A stretch of DNA of 64,000 bases from Camelus dromedarius. Its lineage: Eukaryota. Below are positions 52,701 to 64,000 of the stretch, one piece after another. Positions within the stretch are counted from its first letter, which is position 1, and each line of letters opens with the position of its first letter. The stretch is from assembly GCF_036321535.1 (NCBI RefSeq), contig NC_087436.1, forward strand, positions 48,672,001-48,736,000. Reading direction: 5' to 3'. The translations under genes and the position numbers were made by a program. A model generated the notes under the pieces. That model worked only from the letters and a program-made list of their open reading frames with translations. It was not told the origin of the DNA and did no database searches.

Positions 52701-55700
52701 TTAGAGGATTCTAGAGGATCACTTCCAAATGTTAATAAACATGAACTCACCTCGTTGCAAAAAGTTCCATGCTAAATATGCCATGATGAATAAAAGTAGC
52801 TAAGCTTTTTTCTGTTATAAAATGCAACCAGTTAACTGACTGATAATTATTTAACTGATAGTTTAGTAAAAATAAAAATCAAGCCATCAATTGTTGGAAA
52901 TCATATAACTACAACCTCAATTGAATGTTCAGCCTGCAGAGAATTTGGGGGCATTGTCCAACTTATAAACACATCCAAATGATAGTAGGAAACACCACCC
53001 ATTTCTTTCTTCTAAAGGCACACAAAATCTATTTTTGTTATTATAATCATTTTTTTTCATTTGAAGTAGGTCTTTTTTTTTTTTTTTTAGGAAAGAGATA
53101 TAACTTAGTCTCTAGACTATTATAAAGAAATGTAAAAATAAAGTGAGGAGATACTTATGGATGGTTCACACTCAGTCACCAGACTGGATTCTCTACCAGC
53201 TAACAGTTTAGGGGCCCTCATTACAGACGGCACAGCAGTCCTCAAATAGTCACTAATGTTGTTTTTCTACCTGGAATCGTTCTATGCCCAGATAGAAGAC
53301 GGGGAGAAAAGTGCTAAGAAAAACATTAGAAAATACACTAGTTTTGTGATTCTTGTTCTAAATACAATTTCCAAATCAATTTACCATTGGCACCCAGGGT
53401 AAAAGAATGCCAGTTATCTAAAACGGGCAACCCTTGTTTTGATGTTCCATTCCTCAGGCCCACATACAAACACGCGCTCACATCCTGTTGAGGAGGAGGG
53501 CTGGGAGGCCACTTCCACACTCTGACAGAGCACAGCATGAAAGCAAGCCCAAAGCACTCAGGAAGCAGTTAAGATTCTTCACATACCCGAGCAGGACCCG
53601 TCCGGCAGGAGCATGTACCCGCTCAGACAGTAGCACTTGTAGCTGCCGTACGTGTTCATGCACCTGTGCTTGCAGGGCCGTGGCTTCAGGCCACACTCGT
53701 TCAGGTCTGAAAAGAATGGAGTTGACGCAGAAAGATGACAAAGCCGCAAGCTAACGCACATCACTGAGATACTTCTCTATGTTGAAGAACGAAAGAGAAG
53801 TCAGTCAAGCTATTGTCACCAGTCATGTACAAAAGAGATAGCGCCTGTTCACAACGTCTGCATTTCAATGCAGGTGACACTGAAATGAAGGCGACCAGGA
53901 GTCTTCAACCAGAGGTGCCATGTGAATTTCTGGAGCTTAAATAATATAAAGGGCAGTTAGGAAGATTCTCCTCACAGACACGTAGCGTACCATCCCTAGA
54001 AAGAGCAGCGTGCAAACCATCTATCTGACTCCAATATCCTCACAATCTCTGGGTTACACTGCTAGATTCACTCCTGATAATGGGAGCTTCCTCTTTCAAT
54101 TTCTTCCTGTCTCTGTTTAAAGAAGACACTGTGTGAACCTATTTTAGCTTACAAGAAAGCACATAGATTTTTAACATTAGACTTGCTTTGACCTTCCCAA
54201 AGAAAAGCTCGTTTTTCAGAGGACAAGAAAAAATGCGGAAAAAAAAAATGCAAGTGGGGCTGTGATAAATTGATTAGAGTGATCACTATTGTGGTTCTTC
54301 TTGTTCAATTTTATAGAACCTATACTGATCTCAGATTTTGGGGGGGGGTAATTAGACTTTGATCTCAGATTAAACAAGAAACTTCAGTTTTCTACTATAG
54401 TAAAGCACTCAAGTCACAAAATGAACTAAAAAAAAGACCCGCTAACATATTTTCATCATTCTGCAGTTAAGGGCACATGGAAATACTAATGGACAATACC
54501 TGATGGACTATCATTATATATCTCAGGTTTAAATATCAATATGAAATGAATTAATAAACTTCGCATTATGAGAGTTTTCTAACCCAAGTTGAACACTGCC
54601 TCTAGTGAACATAAAACTCATGACAAATAAACACTGAAACAGTAGTGCCCAAAATACAGACTTCATTAAAAAGAAATATGACCACATGTTTATTTTGTCT
54701 GGACTTGCCAGCATAGGCATCTGATTAGCACAATTTAATTATCTATTAAGCCATGTCTTCAAATTAGAAATATAGATGTTATCGAGTTACAAGTTGTTTT
54801 CAGTCTAACCAAATTTAAACCTGCTCAATTATTAAAAAGCTGTACATATTAATATATATACTTAATGTAACCACCAAATTACATTTTTTTAAACCATCAA
54901 ATAATTATTTCACCTAAATTTTAAAAAATATTTTACTGACTTCTCAACTTGGCCTTTTTGTTTACCATAAGCACAACTGTAAGCAGGTCCCCAGCTGGAT
55001 GAAGCCTCGAAAAGGTTAAATAAATAAACCAGATACCTTTGTCATCTCCTATGTATTCTTCAATTTTTAACTTCAGATTCTCTTGCCCAGTCAAGGATAT
55101 TCAAAACAGAATCACTTTTTAAAATATTTTTAAAAAATTTCCTTGAAGAATGTACTTTGCAAGTTATAGTACCAACAAAAATTTGATTTCTCCTTCATTT
55201 AAAATGAAGTAAAATTTTTCAATCAATGAGGAAAGACAGAGAAAGAAATTCATTCCACTTGTCATATTCTTCTACCTTGTATTTCAATATGGGGATCTTT
55301 TCTCATGTTTGAAGAGGAGTTAATTATCATTCCTAATATGTCCCGGCAGAGGCACACCTGGCTTTGATAAATCTCAGATTAATATTATAGAAAATAGTAT
55401 TTAAATATGAATACATTATTAAAGAAAGGCTTTGGGTCCTAAATATTTTTCTGTACAAAGCAGAAATATAGCAGAATAGTACAATAAAGTAGCAGAGTGA
55501 CTGAATTCTATGTCTCAAGGGAAGGCAATGCATGGATATAAAATGTGTCATTAAGAACCCTTACATTTATTTTTCATTTTATTCTATTCTATTTTATTTT
55601 TATTGAAGTGTAGTCAGTTCTTTAGGTTTATTTTTAAAGAGCCACAGGAACTTCTGTGGCTTCCTGATGAGGACTGGTTAGATGTTTATAGTTCCAGGCA

Positions 55701-58700
55701 GCTCATACACAAGGTGTATTTCTGCTGATGGAATATGGCCATGAACTAAAGTGGAGACCCAGCTGAGGCAGCTCCAGTCTCGGCTGAAAAAGGGCCCCTT
55801 AGGGTTGCTATGAGAAGCTTCACGATACAGACTGGGGCTGCTGGGGGTCTTCAAACCAAGTTTATCTTTCTCTTTCCATAAGAAAAAGCACTTTAGGGTT
55901 AAGAATCACGAAACTGAAAGGAAATGAAAAATCAATAAGATGCTGTAATTCCAAAAACAAACAAAAAAACCCCTGGAATCACCTATGAATATGGGAAAGG
56001 AAATAAACACACAGCATCCAGTGGGTAAATGTAGAGACATTTGCTGGCTATTTTACTATTATTAAATTGAGACATAAGGATCCAAAGACATTGAAAGCAA
56101 TTTGAGAAAGTTGTACGCTAGCAGCTGGTGATGGGCGGGATGACACTCCCTGACAGTTGGCTGGTATGGATGTCCCCAGTGACGGCCATCACTGCCCCAT
56201 CTGCCACAGGCATGTGTCTCGTAAAAAATTCCCACCAACCCTTACAAATACCACTGCAGAAATGATGAAATAGAATTCCCCAGTAATCCATGATTATCAA
56301 AATTTACCAATCAAACTTTCACTAAAGCAGGGAGCGCAAAAGATTAGAAGCCTCCGGTACCCTGCTGATGAACTTCATTGTCTTCAATCTTCTTTAGGGT
56401 TTCTAGTCTATGATTATTATACCTTATTTTCTTATTGACCTAATGCTTTATGAAGTTGCATTAACGCATGCTGCTTTCAAAATCTCCTTGACTATAGACC
56501 TAGTAATACTTGTGTTACTATCAAATTAAGTCAGAAATTAAAAAATGACACCTCCAATTTATAGTAAATGCTCCTATAATAATGAGCAGAATATAAAGAA
56601 CAAGAATATTCTTTTTGATCACACTTTCTCAAATCAATCTTAAAAGTTGATCCAAGAACCCAGGAAAGAAAACTTTAGTGTCTTTATTTTAAATTTACTT
56701 AAATCTTGCTCTTTCTCTAGAAGTTTATAATGTAATATACATTATAAGGAAAAGACACAAAAAATTAATTAATTCTATCATGTACTTATCTTACCACATC
56801 AAAGGACAGAACTTTACAATTAAACCACTTATATTCAAATGCTTAAATTGTCATATATACAATTCTTAAAGAGCATCTATTACAGTCAGGTGTATATTTA
56901 AGCAAGTTGGTGAATTCAGCAGCTTGGGTAAGGGGAGAAGGGGAAGGAGCTGGTCCAGAACAAAAATGCAGGCTGCATAGCATTATAATTACACTTCAGG
57001 GGAAAAAAAGAATCAGAAATTTTATTAGCATGCAGACATTGAAAAGTAGTTTGAAAATCTGAAGAGATTTATTGAGTAAGATAACCCAGCAGATTTTTAA
57101 GGAAAATAACCTTGCATTCATTTAATGAATTTGGACCTTTTTTTTTTTTTTTCCTTTGAGGCTTAAACTAAGCAATGTCACAGAAGTCTGAGCGTTTATA
57201 TCTTACCTGACTAAAGTGAAGGTAACAGACAAACAGATATTAATATGTCAACTGCCGTAACTTTTACTTTTTAAATTATCAGTGACCCTGAAATTAATCT
57301 CATTGCCCTAATTCTTTGTGCCTTAATTTCTTGATCCAAATGCATCAGGTTCCCTATTAGCAGAGAGACAGTAATTAATAATTATTGAGTTTAATTCAGT
57401 CATTCTAAGTTCCAAAATCTACGAGTGGGTGAGAAACAAAAATCTTTTAGAAGAAGTACTGTAAAGGCATGCTGCCACCTAACTTTGCTACAGAATTTTC
57501 CAGCATAGTGAAGACATCCATATTTTTGGTATTTCTGTTCTCACACCAGCCTTGCTGCTGAAGACAGCCGGCATTACTCTCCTCCATTACTAACTGGTTT
57601 GCTAAGACCCAGATACATTCAGTGACTTGCTCACAATCGTACAGCTGCATAAGGGCTGTGCTGGAACCAGAACTCAGTCTTCCTAATATTACAAAATGTT
57701 CACCCAAGGAAGGAAACTAATCTATGGTTTGATTTGCAGGTGACCTAAAACCCTACACCCCAAATGTGGTGGCGGGGAGAGGACCTGAGCACTTCTAAAA
57801 TCTACTAAACAAAGCCATCAGAACCCCAATCACAGTTGCTTTCGAATTCCTGACTTCACCTCCAGAGGAAAACAAAAGTTATTTTGTCATCTGATTTATA
57901 GAAAACATTCTGAAACCCAGAAAAGAGTAAGAAAAGCAACGGATACTCGATGCAGGGAAAGGACAGTGGAGGCTCCAGGCTTCTAGAGCACAGAGAAGCG
58001 GCACCAGGTGACAGTTCCTGCCCCTTGCTTCACATGCTCAGGATGCTGAAGACTGGGCACTCCGGGGGTGAGTCTTCAGAACATTGGCAAGAGTGACAAC
58101 ACTGCAGGAAGCCGTGCAGGTGGGAGGAGCAGCCACCTGAGATGACGCACGCTCACCCCTTGAAGGCAAACTGGTGGCTTGATGATCCGGGGGTTGTAAA
58201 AGAGGCTGTTCACGGCCTTGGTCAAGAGGAGTTGGGAAGAAGCGTTCGTCTTCACACCAGGAAGAAGGTAATAAGAGTCAACTTTCAACTGATGTCATTT
58301 TTAGCCCTAAAAATCTTTATAAGTATATATTAAACAATTACAAAAAGTTGGTGGAGTTTGAAAAGAATGCTTTAGATACTTCACAAAAAATTAGTTTCTA
58401 GTTCTCCCAGTTTCTCTCTTTTTTAATTTTAATTTCTATTTTCCTTAAAATTTATCACTGCCATCTTGCTCCCCGAGAACACATACATACATTATAAGTT
58501 AACAATCCATCATCCCCATACCAATTTTTTCTAAGGCACCAAAAAAGATATGGCTATTTTTAAAAACATGACTTTAGTCATCAACGGAGAAAACTAAAAA
58601 AATAGATTATAAAAATATTGGTTATGATCAATCTTCTCTGTTTAGAAATACCTAGGTCTTAAATGACCAACTTAAAACCTTTTCCTATATTATGGTGCTG

Positions 58701-61700
58701 TAAAAAATACTCCAGAATTATGCATAAATTTATGATTTTCATAAAGATCTTATTTAAGTAAATAACAGGCTATGTTTTCATTCAAATGTAAGAACTTACG
58801 TCATATTTAGACGTAATTAGACGTTTAATTAGACTATACATAAGACACCCCACCAGGACACAGATAAGATTGAGATGTCTGGGACTGGGGGGAAAAAGAA
58901 GGATAAAGAGAGAGGCTTTTGGCAAAAAATGGCTAACTGTTGCCATTAGTAGCTTACCCAAAATATTATAAAATGGATGAGACCCAAAGTAGAATCAAAA
59001 AGGCAATCATATCCTGTTTCAAGACTATCATATTAGTAATAGTCAGTTAAACTTCCAAATTAAATGAACATTGGTTTCTGGGGCTGAAACCACACATCCT
59101 TCAAAGAGTAAGGCCTTAGCTACCTTCATGTTAGGGTCAAGGCACTCAGACTGCTGTGCTCAGGAAAGCAATCAACTGAGACTTCACCGTCTGGTTCTGT
59201 GCTACAAGATCCCAGTTCTTTTCTTGGGATAAGGAATTCAACATATGAAGCATAAACCATGGCAAAACATCAGTAATTGAAATTTATAAACTGTTTCTTC
59301 TGAAGCCGTTACAAAGCACACTGTAAATTCAAAAGAATATCTTTCGTTCCTAGAATTATGCAACAATAGGATACATTACATGCCAAAAATTATTCCCTAA
59401 TGGGAAAGTTATGAAAAAGATTATTTTCTATAATAGTATCCCTTTTTGGCTGAGGGGAAAGGGGATTTGTACAGGTACAGAAACTCAAGGAGGGGGAAAT
59501 CTACATGAATAAAATTACCCAAGAAAGTAAGGTGGAAAAAAGCCAATCTTGCCAGAGTTCAGGTTAGAATTTCATCTACTGTGGAAGGCACTGTGCCTTA
59601 CGGAACAGGCTTGTGGTCAGCCCAAGTGCACGATTTTGTATGTGACCTGGCTCCAGCAAACCCAGGGGATGATTCGCAGGGAGGCACGAGCCACCAGCAG
59701 CAGATTCACACTAATCTTGTGACGAGGCTGTGGAGTGAAGCCAGTTCCAAAGTGGGCTTGCCCTGCCACTCCTGCTGCTCCCAGGCAGCCCTGGAAGCAC
59801 TCATTAGGTGCCTGTCATCTACTCAAGCTGTTCACTCAGCCAAGCAAGTTTCCAGGGAGTGATTTCCTAAAGTACACAGCCTGCAACACAGTTTACAGCG
59901 GATACTTACTGGATGCCAAAACCTACTTTTAATCAAAAGTTAATTTCCAGTTCTGTGGAAATTATCTCAACTGTATCTCTTCTTGATATTTCTATCCTCA
60001 AGAAAAAAGAGACCTGCCTGATTTCCCATATCTCTGAGGCACGTTTTCCACTTTATTAAAATGTATGGTCTGGGGGTGGGGGGGTATAGCTCAGTGGTAG
60101 AGTGTGTGCTTAGCATGCTTGAGGTCCTGGGTTCAACCCCTAGTACATCCATTTAAAAAAGAATAAAAATAAAAAACGAAAAAAAAAGTATGGTCTGGAC
60201 AAAAATAGTCCAAGTTAATTTTTCTATGTAGCAGATATGGACAATTTGCTCTAATGATGTTTCCGGGGGTCTCTGGACAGCTCTCCCCCACCTTCGCGCA
60301 GCCTCTCTCCCCGTGACAGTCCACGGAGTCAGAGATGAAGCAGCTGTACCAGATGCCTCCATGGGACTTTTTCAAGTTCCTATGGGGTTCAGGACCAAGA
60401 ACTGTTACACAAAAACACTCACTAAACAAGTATTTAATGTGCACTTCTCCTGTGCTAGTCATTTAAATAACAGTTTTCAGGAAAACCAAGAAATCAAAAG
60501 GGTGCCTGCTCTCAAGGAACAGAAACCTTCCCATCGGGAACTTGCCACAGCTGCTTTTTTGGAAAGGAAGGAAAAGAGACAGATGATTAAAACACCTAAG
60601 TTTACTGTGGGCTGGAGTTTTATACTCAAGATTGAACGTGAAATTACATTTTCAGTGGCAGCACTCTTTCTGCAAGTGTAAAATCCATTTTGCCACTAAT
60701 GAAATCTTCTTCCCCCTAACTATATTTAGTTTTGGGAGACAAGATTTCAACTCTGTGTATTTCAATCTTCCTTTAGAGAAACAGGTATGAAATTATAGGG
60801 AAAAGTACATGGTAAACTGGTTTTCTGAAAATGAGATACCCAGAGATGCATCTGTGTTCCGATGACGGTTTTAGTGTCTCTGCAGCTTATTAAAGTTGAT
60901 GTAGCTCCTGCAAATAAATTTAAACGAATTTCTCTGCAATCTCAACAGTGGCTTCTTTTAGTAATTGCCTTTGTATAAATTCCTGGCATCAGGACAACCA
61001 AGTTTTATGGTGCTGACATATTAATGAAAGCTCTGATGGTTTATGTTCAGTACTTTAAAAAAAAAAAAAAGAAGCACGCTGGCACGCTCAGATTAACACT
61101 GACAACTCAATAATCAGAACTGAACATGCTGCTACTTGTGAACATACACTGCAGAAGGAAAATCAAATAGGTTTTTAAAAGAGTAAACTGAGATAATAAG
61201 AATTTCAAAAATACTACTCATGTATGTTAGGTAAATTCCAAGTTTAAAAAATGAGTTTTTAAGATAGAGAAGCAGCTTTAGGGGAAAAGGTAGTCAACCA
61301 AGTAGAAGATAAAAAAGAACAGACTTTAGAATAACAGTTAGTCCTCCCAATGGCCATGTCACACTTCACTAACAGATTTCACCTGGTAGTTCCGGAACAA
61401 TTACATACACTTTCAAATATCAGTGTTCCTGATTCTTGTGAAAACCTGTGGATCACGAGTTTACATGACACACTTTGAGGACTATCAGATATTGAAGAAC
61501 AAGAGCATTTCAACAAGATCATTTCTGTATCAGATGAAGTTAAGTAAGTGCCGATAGGACAGTGAGACCCTATGCAGCTGTGTCATTTGACACTTAAAAT
61601 GACAGGGATTATTACTCTAAGAAATAAGTGAAATGTTTGACTTTTTCATCCTTGCATCTCTCTAGTGAAATCTAACCCTAGCTTTTCTTTCCTTCTGTTT

Positions 61701-62892
61701 TCTTTTTCAATACCTAACGGTAGAAAATTTTGGTTGAGATTAATTGAAAAGACAAGACTTGACAGCATGGTTATGCAGCCTGAATTAGAAGATCACACTT
61801 CCAATGATACTTTCCGCATCCAAAACTGTATTGGTAGAAAGAACATGAGTTATACAGGCAATAGCTCTACGTTGACACAGTAGATCTTTTACCAACAAAT
61901 TTGGTAAACTTGGACAAGACACTTAATATTCCTGATATCTCTTCAAATGAAAAATCAAATAACAATATTATTTATAGCTTAATTGTAACATACAGCGCTC
62001 AACCTCCTAATGTTGTTGTAGTGTTGAAAATAGAGAATATATATAAAATACCTGGGCATTGTGAGAGCTAAATAAATATTTGCTTTTATAAGCAACTGAT
62101 GCCAATGAAAAATAACTTGCTAAGTTAATCAAAATCTATCTTTCTCAGAGCGCATTACAAACTGGTCAAGGGATGAAGGGAATTCAATCACAAAGATCAA
62201 AGAGCTCAGAGTTGGAAGGGACCTCAAAACTTCAAGCCAAACCTCCTACCGGGCTTTGAGTCTTAAAGTGTTTTCATTTAGCTGAGATCCAAGGGGGCTA
62301 ACAATTTGCAAAAGCTTCCCAACCAGTTAGAGGAAGATCGAGGAGGAGCAGAATGTAAGGCTTCTAACATTTAACATGTTACTAATGATGCAATTCTCTT
62401 TCTCAAAAAGCATTTTCATTATTAATAGTGAATAAGAGGATGAAATTCTTTTAATTGTCCTCCAATTAAATAGATTTTAAAAGATTTACCATTCTTGGGG
62501 TGAGAGTATAGCTTAGTGGTAGAGCGCATGCTTGGCGTGCACAAGGTCCTGGGTTTAATCCCCAGTGCCTCCGTTAAGGGCGTTAAAAAAAAAAAAGGCA
62601 AAACAAAACATAATGAAAATAAATAAATACAACTAAAAAAAAAAGTCACCACTCTTATATTTTTATCTTTCAGCCAAATTGCATCTCATATATTTGGGGA
62701 TAATAGTCACGGAAAAGTGATTTGCATGAGAACTTAAATTCTTTTATCAGACAGTAGAGGAGGCTTATGATTGTTTACTGTGTCACACGGCTTCCCTACC
62801 TTGATTGCAGGTTTTCCCAGCATATCCAGGATGACACTTGCACTTGTTAGGTCCGATACATTCACCATGTTTGCACTGTGGCTGGCATACAG
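25626..62892 (-). CDS. NPNT: Nephronectin, 5'-partial multi-exon CDS (exons 3-12; exons 1-2 outside window). Join: 62800-62892, 53587-53706, 52130-52249, 50356-50490, 49930-50052, 48188-48577, 35503-35589, 34918-35016, 27093-27349, 25626-25736
   Basis: Ten GT-AG exons totalling 1535 nt splice in frame: five EGF-like repeats, Pro/Thr-rich linker, [18 protein letters not shown] domain, TAG stop at 25626-25628. Domain order and peptides match nephronectin; the LFEIFEIER motif distinguishes it from EGFL6. Confidence 0.98.
26780..27450. promoter_or_regulatory. Intragenic CpG-rich island over exon 11
   Basis: About 30 CpG by hand count in 27061-27420, against a CpG-depleted background; GC-rich intronic tract gagccccgcggcccggccccgccggccggccgcgg. 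Confidence 0.6.
27093..27349 (-). CDS. NPNT: NPNT exon 11 (MAM domain core), 257 nt
   Basis: cccctgcag|GT GGA CAG TAT ... AAG AGC|gtaagt; [24 protein letters not shown]...[11 protein letters not shown]...[15 protein letters not shown]. Confidence 0.97.
30190..30750 (+). mobile_element. Old L1ME-like 3' fragment
   Basis: gaaatgcaaattaaaa..ttgttggtgtgag..tttgacccag..gaatttatccta..ctggaaacaact..aaatgt. Confidence 0.6.
32250..32830 (-). mobile_element. Degraded CR1/L3 LINE remnant in intron 10
   Basis: gtcatccgcagactggttagtatg..ttcatccaagttgttagtaaa resembles the antisense of the CR1 RT (F)ADD region; cttctccaggttgaa resembles the CR1 tail. Confidence 0.5.
34918..35016 (-). CDS. NPNT: NPNT exon 10 (MAM domain start), 99 nt
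   Basis: ccttgcag|GT GTT TTG ATA ... GCA G|gtaaga; [32 protein letters not shown]. Confidence 0.97.
35503..35589 (-). CDS. NPNT: NPNT exon 9 (integrin alpha8beta1 synergy motif LFEIFEIER at 35540-35566), 87 nt
   Basis: ctcttgcag|TC CCA CGG CAG ... GAT CCA G|gtagat; [29 protein letters not shown]. Confidence 0.96.
36119..36244 (+). mobile_element. tRNA-Ala-derived SINE (Vic-1-like)
   Basis: gctcagtggcagagcacatgcttagcatgcacaaggtcctgggttcaattccctgtacctcca plus (CAA)n/(AAAT)n tail. Confidence 0.8.
38440..39085 (+). mobile_element. L1 ORF2 3' fragment
   Basis: Translates [22 protein letters not shown] and [20 protein letters not shown]. Confidence 0.85.
43590..44780. mobile_element. L2 remnant with a probable nested Tigger-like MITE (~44230-44443)
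   Basis: cctattatgtgccaggca..gtgttccagaaagaggaaacag..; inverted caggtcca / tggacctg-ta ends inside. Confidence 0.55.
46475..48153 (+). mobile_element. 5'-truncated L1 (L1MA-type; ORF2 C-terminus plus 3'UTR), antisense to NPNT
   Basis: ORF 47172-47378 [41 protein letters not shown]; 3' end tgtcaattacatctcagtaagactggggaaaaaaa. Confidence 0.92.
48188..48577 (-). CDS. NPNT: NPNT exon 8 (Pro/Thr-rich mucin-like linker with RGD at 48195-48203), 390 nt
   Basis: attctag|AT ATT CCA AAA ... GAC GTG TTT A|gtaagt; [11 protein letters not shown]...[10 protein letters not shown]...[12 protein letters not shown]-glycosylation sequon. Confidence 0.97.
49930..50052 (-). CDS. NPNT: NPNT exon 7 (Ca-binding EGF-like 5), 123 nt
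   Basis: gatgcag|AT ATA GAT GAA ... GTG T|gtgagt; [41 protein letters not shown]. Confidence 0.97.
50356..50490 (-). CDS. NPNT: NPNT exon 6 (Ca-binding EGF-like 4), 135 nt
   Basis: tttctag|AT ATT GAT GAA ... CAC G|gtaata; [45 protein letters not shown]. Confidence 0.97.
50570..51500. mobile_element. L2 remnant(s)
   Basis: ccctagtccaagccactatctc..agcctccaaactgg..; 3' end ctagcacttagcatagtacgtggcata..ctcaataaat. Confidence 0.6.
51530..51755 (-). mobile_element. MIR SINE
   Basis: tgcttactacatgctagatactgtgc..cccattttaaagatgagaa..cctaaggtcaca..gccaggtttgaa. Confidence 0.7.
52130..52249 (-). CDS. NPNT: NPNT exon 5 (EGF-like 3), 120 nt
   Basis: tttccag|GT GCC CTG ACG ... GTG G|gtgagt; [39 protein letters not shown] (not in the ORF track, read manually). 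Confidence 0.97.
53587..53706 (-). CDS. NPNT: NPNT exon 4 (Ca-binding EGF-like 2), 120 nt
   Basis: ttttcag|AC CTG AAC GAG ... TCG G|gtatgt; [40 protein letters not shown]. Confidence 0.97.
58157..58249 (-). CDS. NPNT: NPNT alternative cassette exon between exons 3 and 4, 93 nt, phase 1/1
   Basis: cttcttcctggtgtgaag|AC GAA CGC ... TCA AGG G|gtgagc; encodes [31 protein letters not shown], resembling the insert I recall from long human/mouse NPNT isoforms. Confidence 0.85.
60072..60187 (+). mobile_element. tRNA-Ala-derived SINE (Vic-1-like) with target-site duplication
   Basis: tatagctcagtggtagagtgtgtgcttagcatgcttgaggtcctgggttcaacccc; A-rich tail; GTATGGTCTGG repeated at 60063-60073 and 60188-60198. 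Confidence 0.85.
62497..62644 (+). mobile_element. tRNA-Ala-derived SINE (Vic-1-like)
   Basis: tatagcttagtggtagagcgcatgcttggcgtgcacaaggtcctgggtttaatccccagtgcctcc; A-rich tail; degenerate TSD accattctt/accactctt. Confidence 0.8.
62800..62892 (-). CDS. NPNT: NPNT exon 3 (EGF-like 1), 93 nt
   Basis: ttttcacag|CT GTA TGC ... AAT CAA G|gtaggg; encodes [30 protein letters not shown]. Confidence 0.97.
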
Positions 62893-63678
62893 CTGTGAAA
62901 AGAGGATAGCAGGCATTATTTCTAGGTCAGCAGCACATCAACCATATGGTATATACGTCAGGTTCTCGTTTGACAATAAAAGAAAAAACTAAGAATTTAC
63001 AATAGAGTAATAGAAATATACAAAATCACTGTGTCTTGGAGCAGTAAGCACTGTCTAGACTACACACTCTCACACACTTGTGTTACATACGTGTGTCTGT
63101 GTGGGTGTTGCTTGGGGCTGGAAATTTTGCTAACTTGAGAACAATACTCAAATAGTCAAAAAAGAAAAAAAAAGCTGGAAAACTACACATACACACAACT
63201 GGTATTTTTCAATAGTTACAATTTCATAATAATCTGCACCCATAACTTCAAACTCATTTTCTCAAATATGCTTCAAAACATAGTTCTTAATCTAAAGATA
63301 GTGGTTAAGTATGAACTCAGATAAATTTCCAATTAAATAATAAAATATTTATTTTATTGGAAATGGTATTTCTAAGTATGCAATGGTTCAAAATGAATTA
63401 AAACCAAAGCTCAATATTTTAGGAACTTCAACTTAAGGATACTTCTGTCATTTGCCCTTTCTTAACCTAAAGTTGCACTGTAATTGCTCATCAATCTATA
63501 GCCTATAGATATAAAGTCTGCAGCCTACACAGAAACTAGAAAGTTCTATTTAACATGTCCAGTCTTCCATAATTGAGTTTATCGTCCCTAAAGACCCTAA
63601 AATGCTGTAAATCATCACTCATATCATCATAGTCTTCAATCCCTGCCAAGATACTGGTAAGAATTTATTCCATTTATA

Positions 63679-63890
63679 CAGTGATTCTCAGCTGGGGGTA
63701 CTTTTGCTCCCTGTGGGGCATTTAGCACAAATGGACACATTTTTTATTGTCGCACTGGGAAGAGGGTGCTCCTGGCATCTAGCGGGTAGAATACAGGGGT
63801 GCCGCTAAACATCCTATAAAGCTCAGATAACCCCCAACAAAAACAAATTATCCAGCCCAACATGGGATGGTGCCAGATGGAGGAATCTTT
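63679..63890 (-). mobile_element. MER20-like element
   Basis: cagtgattctcagctggggg..ttttgctccc..ctcctggcatctagcgggtaga..gctaaacatccta..aattatccagccca. Confidence 0.7.
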
Positions 63891-64000
63891 TTCTACAGCA
63901 AGTATGTGTATAGTGCTATGGCAGATACTGAAATAGATGAAAAATCACTATATAGTACAGTCATTGGTCTCAAAGAGCTTACAATCTAGACCAAGAGACA

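Noticed and set aside
54325..54372. 12-bp direct repeat tgatctcagatt (also small repeats near 40480 and 58805, and an 8-bp hairpin near 55640)
   Set aside because: Isolated micro-duplications expected in mammalian introns; no array structure.
60072..60152. tRNA-Ala gene call for this and the four similar copies
   Set aside because: Mismatched stems, A-rich tails and TSDs indicate SINE retrocopies, not tRNA genes.
1..64000. CRISPR arrays, operons, rRNA, or prokaryotic/viral defence systems
   Set aside because: The sequence is intron- and repeat-rich mammalian DNA with no regularly spaced repeats or long gene-dense ORFs.

Overview
Mammalian genomic DNA, probably from a camelid (five copies of a Vic-1-like tRNA-Ala-derived SINE). 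The window holds the 3' two-thirds of the nephronectin gene (NPNT) on the minus strand. Ten canonical coding exons (3-12: EGF x5, Pro/Thr-rich linker with [12 protein letters not shown] integrin synergy exon, MAM domain) span 62892 to 25626, all with GT-AG boundaries and consistent phase. There is also a 93-nt in-frame cassette exon at 58157-58249 and a ~2.7 kb 3'UTR ending near tandem AATAAA signals at ~22960-22985. Exons 1-2 lie outside the window. Positions 1 to ~22900 are repeat-rich intergenic DNA (MIR, L2, L1, MLT1, MER2/5/8/20/21), including a nested L1/LTR/MITE block at 15.5-21.7 kb. The most interesting signal is an ancient CR1/L3 LINE remnant inside the 3'UTR. It has an uninterrupted ~80-codon ORF2 frame and starts exactly at a strong 3' splice site (24256-24257). 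Splicing from exon 11 gives a MAM-truncated '...KS-ESQR*' isoform, and splicing from any phase-1 exon (3-10) would give an NPNT-CR1 fusion. Also seen: a 5-aa C-terminal extension relative to human as recalled, and high-quality miRNA seed sites. No prokaryotic systems, CRISPR arrays or true RNA genes are present. Repeat family names come from visual recognition, not a database search.
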